Shown piece by piece: positions 24,933-38,237 of a stretch of DNA of 64,000 nucleotides. The notes under the pieces are model-generated. The model worked only from the letters and a program-made list of their open reading frames with translations, was not told where the DNA came from and ran no database searches. The position numbers were made by a program, and so were the translations under genes. The DNA comes from Yuukianura sp. NJ FZ-2021 (lineage: Eukaryota): the NCBI GenBank assembly GCA_046563655.1, contig CM102285.1, positions 14,322,001 through 14,386,000 of the forward strand. Direction: 5' to 3'. Position 1 is the first letter of the stretch. Every line of letters begins with the position of its first letter.

Positions 24933-27324
24933 ATGCTGGGGGATTTGACAGTACCGACGAAGAGAAAAGCTCGTACTTTCACCTTAGAAGATCGTTCAAC
25001 CCTTGTTGTGACTGATCCACCACCATTTGAACAGTATGCGGAGTATCCCGAAAAGAAAAAGACGATTGTCCGTCTGCCACTTCCGTACAAAAAGCATCGT
25101 CGTCTTATCGAAGCTGATCGAGAAGCACAAGCTGGACATGCCACGGACAAGCTCGTCCTGCCCAGTGTCACGCGAGATCGCAAACTGTTTGCAACTCCCG
25201 ACGGAATCTTCGGAATCCACATTCTGGAAATGGAGAATGTCGCCATTCGAGTCACAAGTGAGTATTAAAAAGTAAAATTTGAAATGTTACTGAAATTTTG
25301 ACTTTCTGTTTCAGATTTTGACAAAGGAGCTCCCATGTTCTTCTACTTGATCATGTCAATTGGGAAGAAACGAAAGATGACCAAAGTGGCCATGACGTAC
25401 ACAGCAGAGCGTGTTCGAGTCGATGCTTCTCTGTATTTTCCAATTGAAATTTCCAATGTTCGGGACAACTATCGCAACAAATTGAAATTTGAACTTTGGG
25501 CATTTCAAGAACCAACGACACATTTCATCATTGGGAGCAAAGAACTCCACATTTTCCCGCTAATTCAAAAAGTTCATTCTATTGAATCTATCAAAATGTG
25601 GGCCGATGGACTCCATGCGGCAACTATTTTTTATGAATATGGATTTGCTTATGGAGTCTTTGGATATGGACATTCCAATCAACTGAGGAACACAAAAAGA
25701 ACAATTTTTGAATCAATTCATCACTCGATGTTTCCCAGACTGAGATTGTCGGATGAGGACATTGTGGACAACAAGTTCAATGCTCGTGTGCCTCGGAAGA
25801 TCCAGATGATCGGAATGTCCAATTTTCTGCTGTATTCTCCAGAAGTTGCGACCAAAAAAGCACCGCAACTGGGAATGGATGACCCCGTCGAACCGATGTG
25901 CTTCTGCCTCCAGCATGTGGAGTTTGACCGAGGTCAACCTGTTTTTGCCAAGGTCAACATCAAAATTGAGCAAGAAGGTTAGTCATTCATGGTTTTGATT
26001 TTGACTTTGACTGGTTTTGATTTTGACTTTGACTGGTTTTGATTTTGACTTTGATTGTGTCTTGATCTTTGGTTTAATTTTGACGTTGGTTTTGACTTTG
26101 GTTTGACTGCGGTGTTGATTTTGACTTTGACTTTGGTTTTGATACTGATTTTGACTTGACTTTTGTTTTTTACTTTGACTTGACTGTGGTTTCTATTTTG
26201 ACTTGACTTTGGCTTTTATTTTGACTTTGACGACTTTAGTTTTAATTTTGACTTTGGTCTTAACTTTGACTTTGGATTTGATTTTCATTTTGACTTTGAC
26301 TTTGACTTCGGGTTTTGTTTTTGATTTTGGCTTTTATTTCGATTTTGCTTTGACTTTGGTTTTGATTTTGACTTGACTTGGATTTTGACTTTTGTTTTAA
26401 TTTTTTTTAATTTTTTCATGTTTTGTTTCTGTGTTTTTAGAATTTGAAGCCGATTTTAACGAAATCTATGGCGAGTATATTTGTATTTCAACTCGTCGAG
26501 AACGACTAGACTTTTTCCATGAACTTTTGTATGGACGACTGGAGGATATCCAGGAACGCGAAGTTGCAGCACTCTGGGAAGACTTGGATTTCGATACTGC
26601 CGAAGACGTGATACGGTCGGAAGACAATCCACAAATACTTGTTCATCCAAAATCCAAACCTTGTACAGAGTATCCGCAAGCATTTCTGGAACCAGGAGAT
26701 GAAGAATTCTTCGAAACTTTTCCAGTATTGTCCAGAAGTTCAGGCTACTTGGCTCGTCTGTTCGGTTTTGCTCCGATCGAAACTGATCCACACTATGGTT
26801 ATCCCACTTATCCCTACGAGTATGTTCGCGGGTACTCCAAGCATCGCTTGAGCAACTGGCAAGTGTGTAAGCAGGGACTGAAGTACGTCTGGGCCACAAT
26901 CACCTCAGCAATTGTCAGATTCATCACTTTCGTTTTCCCTGACTTTCACACCGAAATGGAAATTCCAGACATCTCTCTTACACTGCCGTCTCCAGAAGGA
27001 TCTGTAACTGATCTGTACGTGTCATGGGTGACAGATGACCGAGAACAGTATGACTATGCAACTATGACAAGACGAGTCAAAGATCCAGTACATGAAGCAT
27101 ATCAAGCCGTGAATAAGTTACTGTACGAAGAGTATGAAAAAGAAGTTAGCCTGCCGTCGGAGCTTATCGATGAAGCAACTGCCGGCGATCCGGCAGTAAA
27201 AGGTGCTGGTGAGTCCGGTACTAAAACGGAAGGTGAAGCCGGAACTAAACCGGAAAACGCTGATTCAGCTCGAAAATCGGATCCAAAAGTGAAAACGGAG
27301 AGAAAAGATGCTTTTGCATTGTAG
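24933..27324 (+). CDS. C2CD6: C2CD6/ALS2CR11 (CatSper targeting subunit tau)-like C2-domain protein
   Basis: Exons 24933-25257, 25315-25977 and 26441-27324. The stretch GIFGIHI...FYLIMSIG...LYFPIEISNVRDNYRNKLKFEL...IIGSKELHIFPLIQK...YEYGFAYGVFGYGHSNQL...HSMFPR follows the vertebrate C2CD6 signature as I recall it (GILAVHI...RNNILLEL...LGSVQIHLYEVIQK...EFMFSYGNFGYGFSHQL...PSMF). The true start is uncertain because an acceptor lies just upstream. Confidence 0.75.
25990..26400. repeat. Degenerate (TTTGAC/TTTGAT/TTTGGT)n simple repeat filling intron 2 of the C2CD6-like gene
   Basis: About 400 bp of ttttgactttgactggttttgattttgactttg... Confidence 0.9.
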
Positions 27325-27573
27325 TTGTTCAAAGTTTTCCAATTTAGACTCAAATCCAGGCAGGATATGCAATTCTACTGGAAAAAATGAAATAAAAATA
27401 AAAATTTACCTATTTTTTTTAACGTTTTCAACGTTTCCATGGATACCTGAGTTTTCATTGCATTTTGTCGTTCTTCTATCCTGGAAGTGCAAAAAAAACG
27501 AAACATTTGATAGCGAATGAGCTAAAAATTTCTGAATCTTGCCTGAAACTCATGCTGAAACTGACTTCTTATA

Positions 27574-28621
27574 ATGGTAAAAAATACATTTTTTTAGTGG
27601 AATACAAACTTCAAACTTGTTTTTGTTTTGGAAAAACTAAATTTTCAAAAACGATTTCTGATGTTCAAAATTTTTCTTTTGTGTTTCACAATTTAACTTT
27701 TGTCTTATTCATTCAGTTTTTTCTTAAACTTTTTTTGTCGCTGCGATTTCAGGGCTTCAATCAATCCAAAGTTTGGACCTCTGAAGAACTAGCGGAGTAT
27801 CGTTTTTTGACGAATCTTACAATCAAAGAAATTCTCATGTAAGAAAAACATCTAAAAAAGATATTTTTTTGAAAAATTTTGATTCAATTTTTTGATTTTG
27901 TAGAATTTATGACCAATTTCGGAACTTGGCTCCAGGATTGGTGGATGAGAATCGAACAGTTCGACTTCCGAGGGAACTGATCTACAATTTCCCTGGATTG
28001 AAGCTAAATCCAATGCGGGACAGAATTTGTCATGCTTTCAGGTTAACATAAAATTACATAAACATAAAACATAACATTACATAAATTGTAACATTAACAT
28101 AGCATAACCTTACATTAACATAAATTCTTTCAGTTCTGCACTACCGAACAATGGAGACATGAGTTTTGAAGATGTGTTGGACATGATGAGTGTTTTTCAT
28201 GAAAATGCTCCTTTGTCACTCAAGTGTCACTATGGATTCATTATCTTTGGTAAACCCCCATGACCTTTGACCTTCAAAAATTTTCCAAAATTTTGAAAAT
28301 TTTAAATTTTGGGTTTTAGATTTTGACCAGGATGGGTACATTGGATCTTATGATTTGAAACAAGTAATTCGGAGATGGTTGACTGAAAAGGAATTTTCAG
28401 AAGATCGACTGCAGTTGATGATCAAAGCAATCATGGCCCAAGCTGACATGGAAGAAGATGGACATCTCAGCTACTTTGAGTTTGAACACATCGCTGGTTT
28501 TGATATGAACTTTGAATTGTAAGACAAAATTCTTTCAAAATTTCAAATTCAAAATTTTGATTTTATATTTGATTTCTTAATTTGAGAAAATCTTGACAGC
28601 TTGTTTCGCCTTCAAGTATAA
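27574..28621 (+). CDS. CIB: Calcium- and integrin-binding (CIB) EF-hand protein, CIB1-like, predicted N-myristoylated
   Basis: The ATG is alone at the end of exon 1 (27574-27576), then GFNQSKVWTSEELAEYRFLTNLTIKEIL...LKLNPMRDRICHAFS...MSFEDVLDMMSVFHENAPLSLKCHYGFIIFDFDQDGYIGSYDL...ADMEEDGHLSYFEFEHI. The start MGxxxSK fits the myristoylation consensus. Confidence 0.88.
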
Positions 28622-28761
28622 GAAGATTCTATTGCTTCAAGAACATTAACTTTAACTTTCAATTTTACCAACCACATTTAAAATTTGGAATTCTTTTTTT
28701 GAAAAAGTTAAGTGTAAGAATTTGAATCTAAAAAAAATGGAGTAATTGAGCCGCTGAAAGA

Positions 28762-29562
28762 TTATTGGCGGTCACAGCGTCTGTGTACCAAATTGCAAAC
28801 GTTTCCTTGTGGACAACAGTGGATGTGATCTAGAGTTCAAATTCAATCAAAAGGTCAAGGTCACAACAATGAAAGGTCAAAAGGTCAAGGTCAGAGCAAT
28901 GAAAAGGTTACGGTGATTTGTAATTTTAAGTTACCTGAACAACATACTGCTCCAGTTTGTGGGCAGCATCCGTACGTTGAGTTGGAATCATCCATGGAAC
29001 AGCAAGTGTAGGAATCAGGACACTTCTGTTCTCCTCCTGGACAAGTTTGTTGTTCCCATTTAGATTGTACTGGAATTTCAAAAAAAGTGAATCAGAAATC
29101 GGTTTTTCAAAATTTTCAAAAACTTAAAAGAAAATTTCTTTTTGGTCAAAAACTTTTTATAAACGACAGCGGAGTCGGCGTTTGTTCAATTTCGGTCAAC
29201 GTGTCGTCTTCGGTTGCTTCTGGAAATGGATACGACACGCCCCAGGCTGAAAGGCACCTTGAATGTTCAACGTCGCAGGTCAAATCTAAAACAAAATTCA
29301 ATTCAATTCAAGAATTTTTTTTTTGAAAAACAAAAACTTCATTTCGAAAAAGATGCTGAATCAGTTTTTTACGGTTTGGACAGCAGTGCTGTCGATCCGA
29401 ACAGCAGTTGGCATTGATGAATGGGCAGCAGCCATATCCAGAAGCCGTTTTGCAACAAGTTGAAGTATCTGGACACCGATACCTTGGATCTTGACACTGC
29501 ATGGACATGGCAAGTCCAACTAACGTCAAAGTGACAGCACAAACAATTGCTACTTTCGCCAT
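28762..29562 (-). CDS. GRN: Short progranulin (signal peptide plus two granulin modules)
   Basis: Four exons: [74 protein letters not shown]...[32 protein letters not shown]. Each module has the 12-Cys granulin pattern. Confidence 0.9.
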
Positions 29563-30732
29563 TCTTCTAAAATGTTACTTTTCAAAACCAAAATTCAAAA
29601 ATTTTAAATTTTTTAGTCTGATCTTGTCCAATGCACTGTTTGATCTGAAGTTCTTGCTATGGAGTAACCAAAGACGTCAACTTCTTTATCTGTTGTGCAA
29701 GATACAAACCCAAAAGTCCTCAAATGGTTCCAAGTTCTACGAAAAACGCTGATTAGTCATGTTTACACACATTTGAAGTCAAGTTTTCATTGTGTCCAAA
29801 CTTCCATCTCAGCAGAATCTTCATCCCAGAGACAACCTAGCAACAGTCGCCTAATATGAACATGATTCATTTGACCTCTGGTGACCTCTCGTTATCACAC
29901 GAATCCCAAAGTAAACAGAATCATAGTCATCTCCAATGCTCTTGTGCTTATAACGAATTGAAATCAAATCATGAAACAACGGCACTAACACAAAAAACTA
30001 CTTTGCTTTGCCAAATTAGTGTTGAAATGGAAAGATGAAATGTAAAAAAAACTGATAAATTATAATTTTCTTTTGGAATTATGAAATTGTGTGCCATTGG
30101 AAAAAAAAATAGGCGAAGCTCTCCTCAAAAAGCGAAAATATTTTCCAGTTTCGCCGTCGAGTCATGCATCACTCTTTGACAAAAATGCAAAAATTGTGTA
30201 ATTTATTCTTTCAAAAATTATTATTTTTTTGAAATTTTGGGATTGATGTTGATTCTAGTTGGTTGTACGATGCAATCAATTAGCTTTGATTCAACAGAAA
30301 TGTGACGCCTACCACTTTTCTCTTTTTCGCCAAAATTCCAAAATTTAAAACATGTGTTGAATTTATTTGTAAGTGCAAAAATCTGCTGACGCTGCATTTG
30401 CCGATATTTTTAATCACTGGAAAAATCAAATTTTCAAATTTTTTTTTTGCTGAAACCTTGTGCAAATATTAAGCCTACTACACCCACACCTGAAACAATT
30501 TTAAAACTCTTATCCTAATTAGAAATGCTAATCCATACCTAAAAACATAATTTCCGTCATTCAATCTCAAGTGGATTATTGATAATTTTTAACACTTTAA
30601 AATCCAAAGTTATGATAACCTTCAATTACGCGCTGCTGATTGGAAATCAGCGATTATAATATAGAGACGCTTAATAAAATTTGCTCATTTCTAGACCAAA
30701 AAAAGTTATAACTTTTTGGCACTTATTCCAAA

Positions 30733-33038
30733 ATGGCTGCCATTAGAGTTTTTCTTTGTCTGCTCCTATTCTCATCCTTGACCTTTGCTAAGGTCTCTCA
30801 TGTCGAGGTCACTCAGCAGTTGGAGCCATTTAGGTAAAATCTAAACTACTTTGAAAATAATTTTTGTTGCAAAAATAGCAGCGTTTTTGAGAAAAACAAG
30901 TTTGGGTTTAAATAATTTTGTGATTTTGATGTTCTAAATTTCTGAAAATCGGTTTTGAAAACTTGCAGAGAGACAATTGAGACGTTTTTCTGGGCAAAGA
31001 TCATAGGTCAACCTACTCATGCGAACTTAGCACTTGACAATGACATGACATGTGCTGCATGTCACTTGGTAATTAACTTGGCATTTAGCTTCATGGAGCA
31101 AGGAACGCCAGAAGAAGTGATTGAAGCCGTCACGGCAATGTGTATCGAACTGGACTTTGTGGCAGTCGATATGTGTCAAGGAATCGTCAGTGGATTTGTG
31201 GTCAGTAGAACTTTAAATTGTTAATTAAAAGTGAATCTTAGTTAATTAACGATTAAACACAGAATTTATTGTTTTCATAGCCTCATATTCACCACATTTT
31301 CAACAATGCCCCAATTGAAGTGAGCGACGTCTGTGGCGTTTTGCTTCAAAATACTGGCTGCGCAACGGTGAACGAAACTTTTACCAACTGGCAAGTCATT
31401 GTCGACCAGAACAAGCCTGAACCAGTATCGAAAGTTGAACTGCCGGTAAAATTTGAAATTTTGAGAAAAAAAAGTCAACATTTTGAAATTTGGTGACACT
31501 TTGTAGGCAGGAATTCCAACAACCAAGGTTCTGCACTTGACCGACATCCATCCAGATCTTGACTACGCCGTTGGCTCGTTGACGGAATGTGGCAAGCCGA
31601 TGTGTTGTCGCCGCGGTGAGCACTGGGAAGAACCGTGGAACGCCACGGTGCAGGCTGGATTCTACGGTGACTACGCTTGCGACATTCCACAACATGCAAT
31701 GGTAGAGGCTTTTCAGAACGCAGCTAGCCGATACGACGTAAGTTTTCTAAAAAAAAACACTCAAAACACTGAAAATATGTTCAAAATACAAATTTTGAAA
31801 ATATTTTCAAAAATTTAGTACAAGTTTGTCATGTTGGGCGGCGACTACGTTCATCACGCCGTTTGGTTGACCACAAAAGAAGACATTATTCGTCACTACA
31901 CAGCTGTAGCTGACGGCGTGCTGGCAGCTTTTCCAGACACTCCAGTATATCCGGTCGTCGGAAACCACGAATCACATCCCACTAATGTTTTCCCGCCATC
32001 TTCTGCCTGGAGCAATCAGGAATTCAATATTTCCTGGGTATACAATACACTGGCTGACCTGTATGCTTCAAAGTTGACCCCGGAGGCACTCGTGACCTTC
32101 CGACGAGGCGGTTACTACTCGGTCAGCCCCGAACCAAAACTGAGAGTCATAGCATTGAACAACATGTTTTGCTACACTCTGAACTTTTGGATTCTGTATG
32201 ACCCGGCAGACCCTGAAGGTCAACTGCAATGGTTCTCTCAAGAAATGCAACGAGCTGAAGACGCTCAAGAGCAAGTTTTCATTCTCGGCCACATTCCTCC
32301 TGGTATTAAAAATTTTTTTGAAAATTTTTGGAAAATTTGGAGTTTTTTGAATGTTGAGTAATCGTTACCCGGTTTTTAGGTGTCGACGACTGCTGGTCAA
32401 TCTGGAACAATCACTACAGTGCTGTCATCGATCGTTACCAGAACATCATCATTGGTCAATTTTATGGTCACACGCATAACGACGACTTCAGAATTTTCTT
32501 TGACGAAGATCGACCAAGTTCAGCAGCCTTCGTCAGTCCAAGTATCACTGCCTACACGGACATCAATCCAGGGTACAAAGTGTTCCATTTTGACGGAGAA
32601 CGAGTTGAAAAAACTTGGGAAATGGTTGACTACGAAGTATTTACATACAACTTGACCGAGGCTAACCTTGGTGAACCACAGTGGTATCAGCTGTACAGTG
32701 CCAAGGACAGCTATGGTCTAACATCTCTGCGACCAGCTGACCTCTACGACTTCGTTCTACGCATGGCCGAAGACCAGACGCTCTTTGATCTGTTCTACCT
32801 GTAAGATTTAAAACAATTTGCATTGAGGTGAATGACCTCAGGTCAATATGTTTTTGGCTCGAAATTTTAAATTTTTGAAATTTTTAGCCATTACAACAAG
32901 AACTCCGACCAACCAGACGTATGTGACGACGCCGAGTGCATTCGAGACTTGCTTTGTGAACAACTGACGTCGAACGACAACGACAAGAGTCACTGCGCCG
33001 TTTTGGATGAGTTGTTGAGCCGTCGATTTCAAAAATAA
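30733..33038 (+). CDS. SMPD1: Acid sphingomyelinase (saposin-B plus metallophosphoesterase), copy 1
   Basis: Signal peptide; saposin CAACHL...MCIEL...MCQGIV...VCGVLL; LTDIHPD, CGKPMCCR, GDYACD, GGD..HH, GNHESHP, DPEGQLQW, GHIPP, FYGHTHND, NPGYK, YNLTEAN; C-terminal CDDAEC. Confidence 0.92.
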
Positions 33039-33553
33039 GAACAAAGAATTTCAAATTTCAAAAATTAATCAAGTTTAGAAGAAAAGACAATAATAAATCA
33101 AATCAAATCAAATTCGAAGTAAAAATTTTTATGCTTTAGCTTTAAGCTTTTAGTCTGTAGATTACACAGATCGAATCGATCTGCATAGACAGATCCAAAA
33201 TCGGTTCCATAGTTATCCTGGCCAGCGGACGGACATACAGGAGAGACTCGGTCAAAAACAGAAAGTAGAAAGTATTAGGAAACTGCTTTCTCTGCGTAAT
33301 AAATAGCGTAACCTACTGATACTAAGCCCATCATAAGAAATTGTTATTTTCCAGGAAGTACTTTGAGTCAACATTAAAAAGACGCTATCCGTTTCCGTAT
33401 CCTTACCGAGAAAAAAAGGAATTCAATTGAGGTTAATTGAGCTACAACTAACCTGCTTCAATCAAAGTCCTCTTAAACTGATTTAGTATCTTAAGGGTAT
33501 AAAATCCCATGACTGTTGAAACTTAAAAATCGTTGAAAAAGTAAACTGGAAAA

Positions 33554-34329
33554 ATGAAGTCGGCTTTGCTCGCACTTGTGACGGTTTCTCTCTGCTCAAG
33601 AACGTCCTCAATGGCAATCAAATCAGCGAACTGTAAGAAAATCAATTTTTGAACAATTTATTTATTTTTTCAAGAATTAAAAAAAATTTCTAGAAAGTTT
33701 TCCGTGTCCATGGATTCTAACCAAACATTTTTTGATGTCAAAAGGCACAGATATGAAAGTCTATGACCTGAGGGTTGAGGGGTGCACGGCTGAGCCATGT
33801 AAAATTGTGAAGAATACTACTGTGTACATAGAAGTGGACTTTGAATTTCAACAACCAAAAGTAGCAGCAGACTTTGCGTTTGCAGCAACGCTCAAGGGAT
33901 GGAAATGTCCTGACAAGGAGTATGAGAGGCAAATGAAAGATGTAAGAGATTTGACAAAGATTAGCGGATTATTCTTTGGATGGTCTTGTGCAAGTGGCTG
34001 CCAATCGGGAGGACTCAAAATTTCACAATGTCCGGCAAAATCAGGCGCAAAACATACGATCACAACGTCGGGAATTCAAATCTTCCCGAACATCAGGGAT
34101 GAAAAAACGAAAAGAGAAACGGTAATTCTTAGTTATTTTATTCAAATGCACATTGGATTGTGTGAATTACTTTTCACAGTCAGTAATAAATTACATAAGG
34201 AAGGGGGTTTTATTGCAGGGGGAAGCAGTAGCAGCACTTCGACTCATGACTACAGACATGAAAGCGAAACCCAAGCAAATATTTGCATCTTGTTCTTTCC
34301 CATTAGCTTTAGTAATTGTATCAGAATAA
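33554..34329 (+). CDS. NPC2/MD-2-related lipid-recognition (ML) protein, copy 1
   Basis: Exons 33554-33632, 33745-34121 and 34219-34329. Signal peptide, ANC, LRVEGCTAEPCKIVKNTTVYIEVDF, C...ISQCP..G, C-terminal ASCSFPL: the ML-domain Cys pattern. Confidence 0.82.
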
Positions 34330-35109
34330 ACGCTTTGATCATGAAATAGAAAGTTGTTGTCATTTCAACCGAAGGGTTTAGTTTTTTTTAAGTTTTTATT
34401 TCCTCGGATAGAAGACGCACTTGAAGTTAGGTTATATTAGAATTTTTCGATTGTTGCGTTCAGGAGCGTTCATTTGAATGATTTAAAAATCGAAGCATTC
34501 GACAGCATAAGATACTAATAGTAGTAACATAGCATAAGTACTTATACGGATCGGCCATTTGTAATATTTATGTCGAAAACCACTATACCGATTTCCATGC
34601 GGATTTTGTTAATTATTCTTTTATCTGACGTGATGGCTAAAAATTTGTTTTTGGATTGACCTCAAATATCTAATAGTGTCAAAGGTCAAGGTCATCGGTT
34701 TCTCTTGAATTCAGAAACGGAAAGACGGATTCAGAAGCGGTTGACGGGAATGAATCTTTGAGAACACGAGGACTTAGATCCCGACTGTTGTTTGATCTCA
34801 AGTGACCTCTAGCAATGGGTCAACAATATTATGCACGAGAATTCTCTATAATATTGATCTGACGATACTTACTTATAAGTTTTTATTCACACAATATGTT
34901 AATCCATGGATTACAACTAAACCTAATTCTCCGCAACTCATTTCAAGTGGAGTGATAATTATTTCAAAATTTCCAAACACTTTAGATCGAAATTATGATA
35001 ATCTTCAATTACATTCAGCTGATGATCAGAATTTGGCAATTATAATTAGGTGACCCTAAAAAAATCGGAGCATTTCCAGAAAAAACTTTTTGGCAAAGTT
35101 TTTTTCAAA

Positions 35110-37443
35110 ATGGCTGTCATTAGAGTTTTCTTGTGTCTTTTGCTGTTCTCATCCTTGACCTTTGGTAAGGTCTCTCATGTCGAGGTCACTCAGCAGTTTG
35201 AGCCGTTCAGGTAAAAACTATTCTCACCTTCAAAAAATTTCCAACATTTTTTGAAAAAGAAAATTGCCCAGGACTAGGCAATCGTGTGATTTCCACATTT
35301 TAAAAAATTCTTTTGTAAATTTTTAAAAATCCATTTTCAAAACTTACAGAGATGCTATTCGGACGCTTTTCTGGGATAAGGTGATGGGTCAACCTGCCTA
35401 TGTGAGCAGTATAACAGTTGACAATGGCATGTTATGCACCGCATGTCACTTGGCCGTCAATCTAGTTTTTAGCTTCGTAGAGCAGGGAACGCCAGAAGAA
35501 GTGGCGGAAGCCGCCATTGCAATGTGTATCGAATTGGACATTACGGCAGTCGATATCTGTGAAGGAAGCATTGGCGGATTTATTGTCAGTAAAACTAAAT
35601 CTTTAAACTAAAAAGTTAATCTAAGTTAATTAACAATTAAACACAGCATTTATTGATTTTACAGCCTCACATTCACTACATCATGAGCAACGCCCCAATC
35701 GAAGTCAGCGACGTCTGTGGCGTTTTGCTTCAAAACACGGGCTGCGCAACCGTCAATGAAAACATGACCAACTGGCAAGTCATTGTCGACCAGAACAAGC
35801 CCGAACCAGTATCGAGAGTTGAACTGCCGGTAAAATTTGAAATTTCGAGAAAAAAAAAGTCAAAATTTTGAAATTTGGTGACACTTTTTAGGCAGGAATT
35901 CCAACGACCAAGGTTCTGCACTTGACCGACATCCATCCAGATCTTGACTACGCCGAAGGATCGTTGACTGAATGTGGCAAGCCGACGTGTTGTCGCCGCG
36001 GTGAGCACTGGGAAGAACCGTGGAACGCCACGGTGCAGGCTGGACACTACGGTGACTACGCTTGCGACATGCCACAACATGCAATGGTAGAGGCTTTTCA
36101 GAACGCAGCTAGCCGATACGACGTAAGTTTTCTTAAAAAAAAACACTCCATACACGGAAAATATGTTCAAAATACAACTTTTGAAAATATTTTCCAAAAT
36201 TTAGTACAAGTTTGTCATGTTGGGCGGAGACTTCGTTCACCACGCCAATTGGTTGACCACAAAAGAAGACATTATTCGTCACTACACAGCTGTAGCTGAC
36301 GGCGTGCTGGCAGCTTTTCCAGACACTCCAGTGTATCCGGTCATCGGAAACCACGAATCACATCCGACTAATGTTTTCCCGCCATCTTCTGTCTGGGGCC
36401 ATCAGGAATTCAATATTTCCTGGATATACAACACAATGGCTGACCTCTACGCTACACAGTTGACCCCAGAAGCTCTCGTCACTTTCCGACGAGCTGGTTA
36501 TTACTCGATCAGTCCCGAGCAAGGCCTGAGAGTCGTTGTTTTAAATAACAATTTTTGCTACACCGCGAACTTTTGGATTCTGTATGACCCGGTGGATCCA
36601 GAAGGTCATCTTCAATGGTTCTCTCAAGAAATGCAACGAGCTGAAGACGCTGGAGAGCAAGTGATCATTCTGGGACATGTTCCGCCTGGTACCATTATTC
36701 AAACCATTTTTTAAGAAAAATTTTGAAAAAATAATTTAAAAAAAAAATGAAAATGTTCGGTAATCACTGTCTGCTTTTGTAGGCGTCAATGAATGTTGGT
36801 CAATTTGGAACAATCACTATAATGCTATCATCGATCGTTACCAGAATATCATCCTTGGACAATTTTATGGTCACACGCACAACGACGACTTTAAAGTTTT
36901 CTTTGACCAAGGTCGACCAAGTTCAGTGGCCTACATTAATCCAAGTCTAACTGCCCATGTAGACATCAATCCAGGATACAAAGTGATCCACTTTGACGGA
37001 GAACGAGCTGAGAAAACTTGGGAAATGGTGGACTACGAAGTATTTACGTACAACTTGACCGAGGCTAACCTTGGTGAACCACAGTGGTATCAGCTGTACA
37101 GTGCCAAGGACAGCTATGGTCTAACATCTCTAAGACCAGCTGACCTCTACGACTTCGTTCTACGCATGGCCGAAGACCAGTCGCTCTTTGATCTATTCTA
37201 CCTGTAAGATAAAGAAATTTTGCGTTGAGGTGAATGATCTCAGGTCAATGTAGTTTTTGGCTCGAAATTTAAAATTTTTCTTAATTTTTTAGTCATTACA
37301 ACAAGAATTCAGGTGTAGCCGAACCATGCGACGACGCCGAGTGCATTCGGGGCAAACTGTGTGAACTCCTCACGTCCAACCACAACGACGAGACTCACTG
37401 CGCCGCCTTGGATGAGCCGTTGAACCGTCGATTTCAAAATTGA
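35110..37443 (+). CDS. SMPD1: Acid sphingomyelinase, copy 2 (tandem paralogue)
   Basis: Same exon structure and catalytic motifs as copy 1 (LTDIHPD, GGDFVHH, GNHE, GHVPP, GHTHND). Confidence 0.92.
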
Positions 37444-37799
37444 ACAAAAAAAATTCGCTTAAAAATTGGAAAATAAATATACGTTTTTGAAAAAAAAATA
37501 TCCCAAAGACCACTCGAAATTGTTTAGCAACAACAAAAATGGTACAGAACGGTAATTGAAACTAGCTATTGCCGTAATTTTTGCAAATACGTCAACATTT
37601 TGGCCCAGTGGTAGAAAAACTTGTTTTATTTAGTAGGCAACTACTGTCCAATGTTTTTTCATTGTATTGTTTGTTGATATATTTTTTTAAGATTTTTCTT
37701 TTAAAGAAGTTACTTTCTTCCGCTAAGCACGCATGATTACGTACAAATAATAATAAGAAAACGAGAAAGCAATTTTAGCTACATCGTAGTCCAAAAGTT

Positions 37800-38237
37800 T
37801 AAAAAGTTCGAGCTATTCTCAAACCTGTTGAAGAAAAACCTTTTTGTTATTTACAAACCTTGCACACGATTAGTCGGTCCACAATCAATTAAGAAGTTAA
37901 TTGACGTCACGATTAGTCGGTCCCTGATCAATTGAAAAGTTAATTGAACAATGGATACTAAGAATTATCGTTCTCTATATCTCTGCGCGGAAGGCGCGTA
38001 TTAGGTTATTACTGTAAAATAGCAATAATTGTTAGGCTCTATTGGTTACAAAACTAACATTTTCATTCTATATGTGGAATTCACAGTATTAATTATAATT
38101 TTAATTAACAAATCTTACCAAAGAGGAGGTGAAGTCTGCAAAAAGCTCATTGCACATTCGGAATTGATTCCAAGAATTTGATGCAAAACGAATTTTTACC
38201 AAAACATTGCAGCTCCGTTTTGCCAAATTTGCTTCCA
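37800..38237 (+). promoter_or_regulatory. Conserved upstream block shared by CAP-derived genes A-D (also about 41915-42349, 45250-45686 and 53895-54239)
   Basis: Tandem GATTAGTCGGTCC-like units each followed by CAATT(A/G)A..GTTAATTGA, plus GTG(G/A)AATTCACAGT(G/A)TTAATTA, at matching distances from each ATG. Confidence 0.7.

Noticed and set aside
14775..26400. Tandem repeats considered as CRISPR-like arrays
   Set aside because: Eukaryotic context, no unique spacers and no cas genes; they are ordinary mini- and microsatellites.
33155..33280. AAAATCGGTTCC...CGGACGGACATAC, reminiscent of Helentron/DINE-like elements, upstream of NPC2 copy 1
   Set aside because: Single short copy with no defined termini visible.
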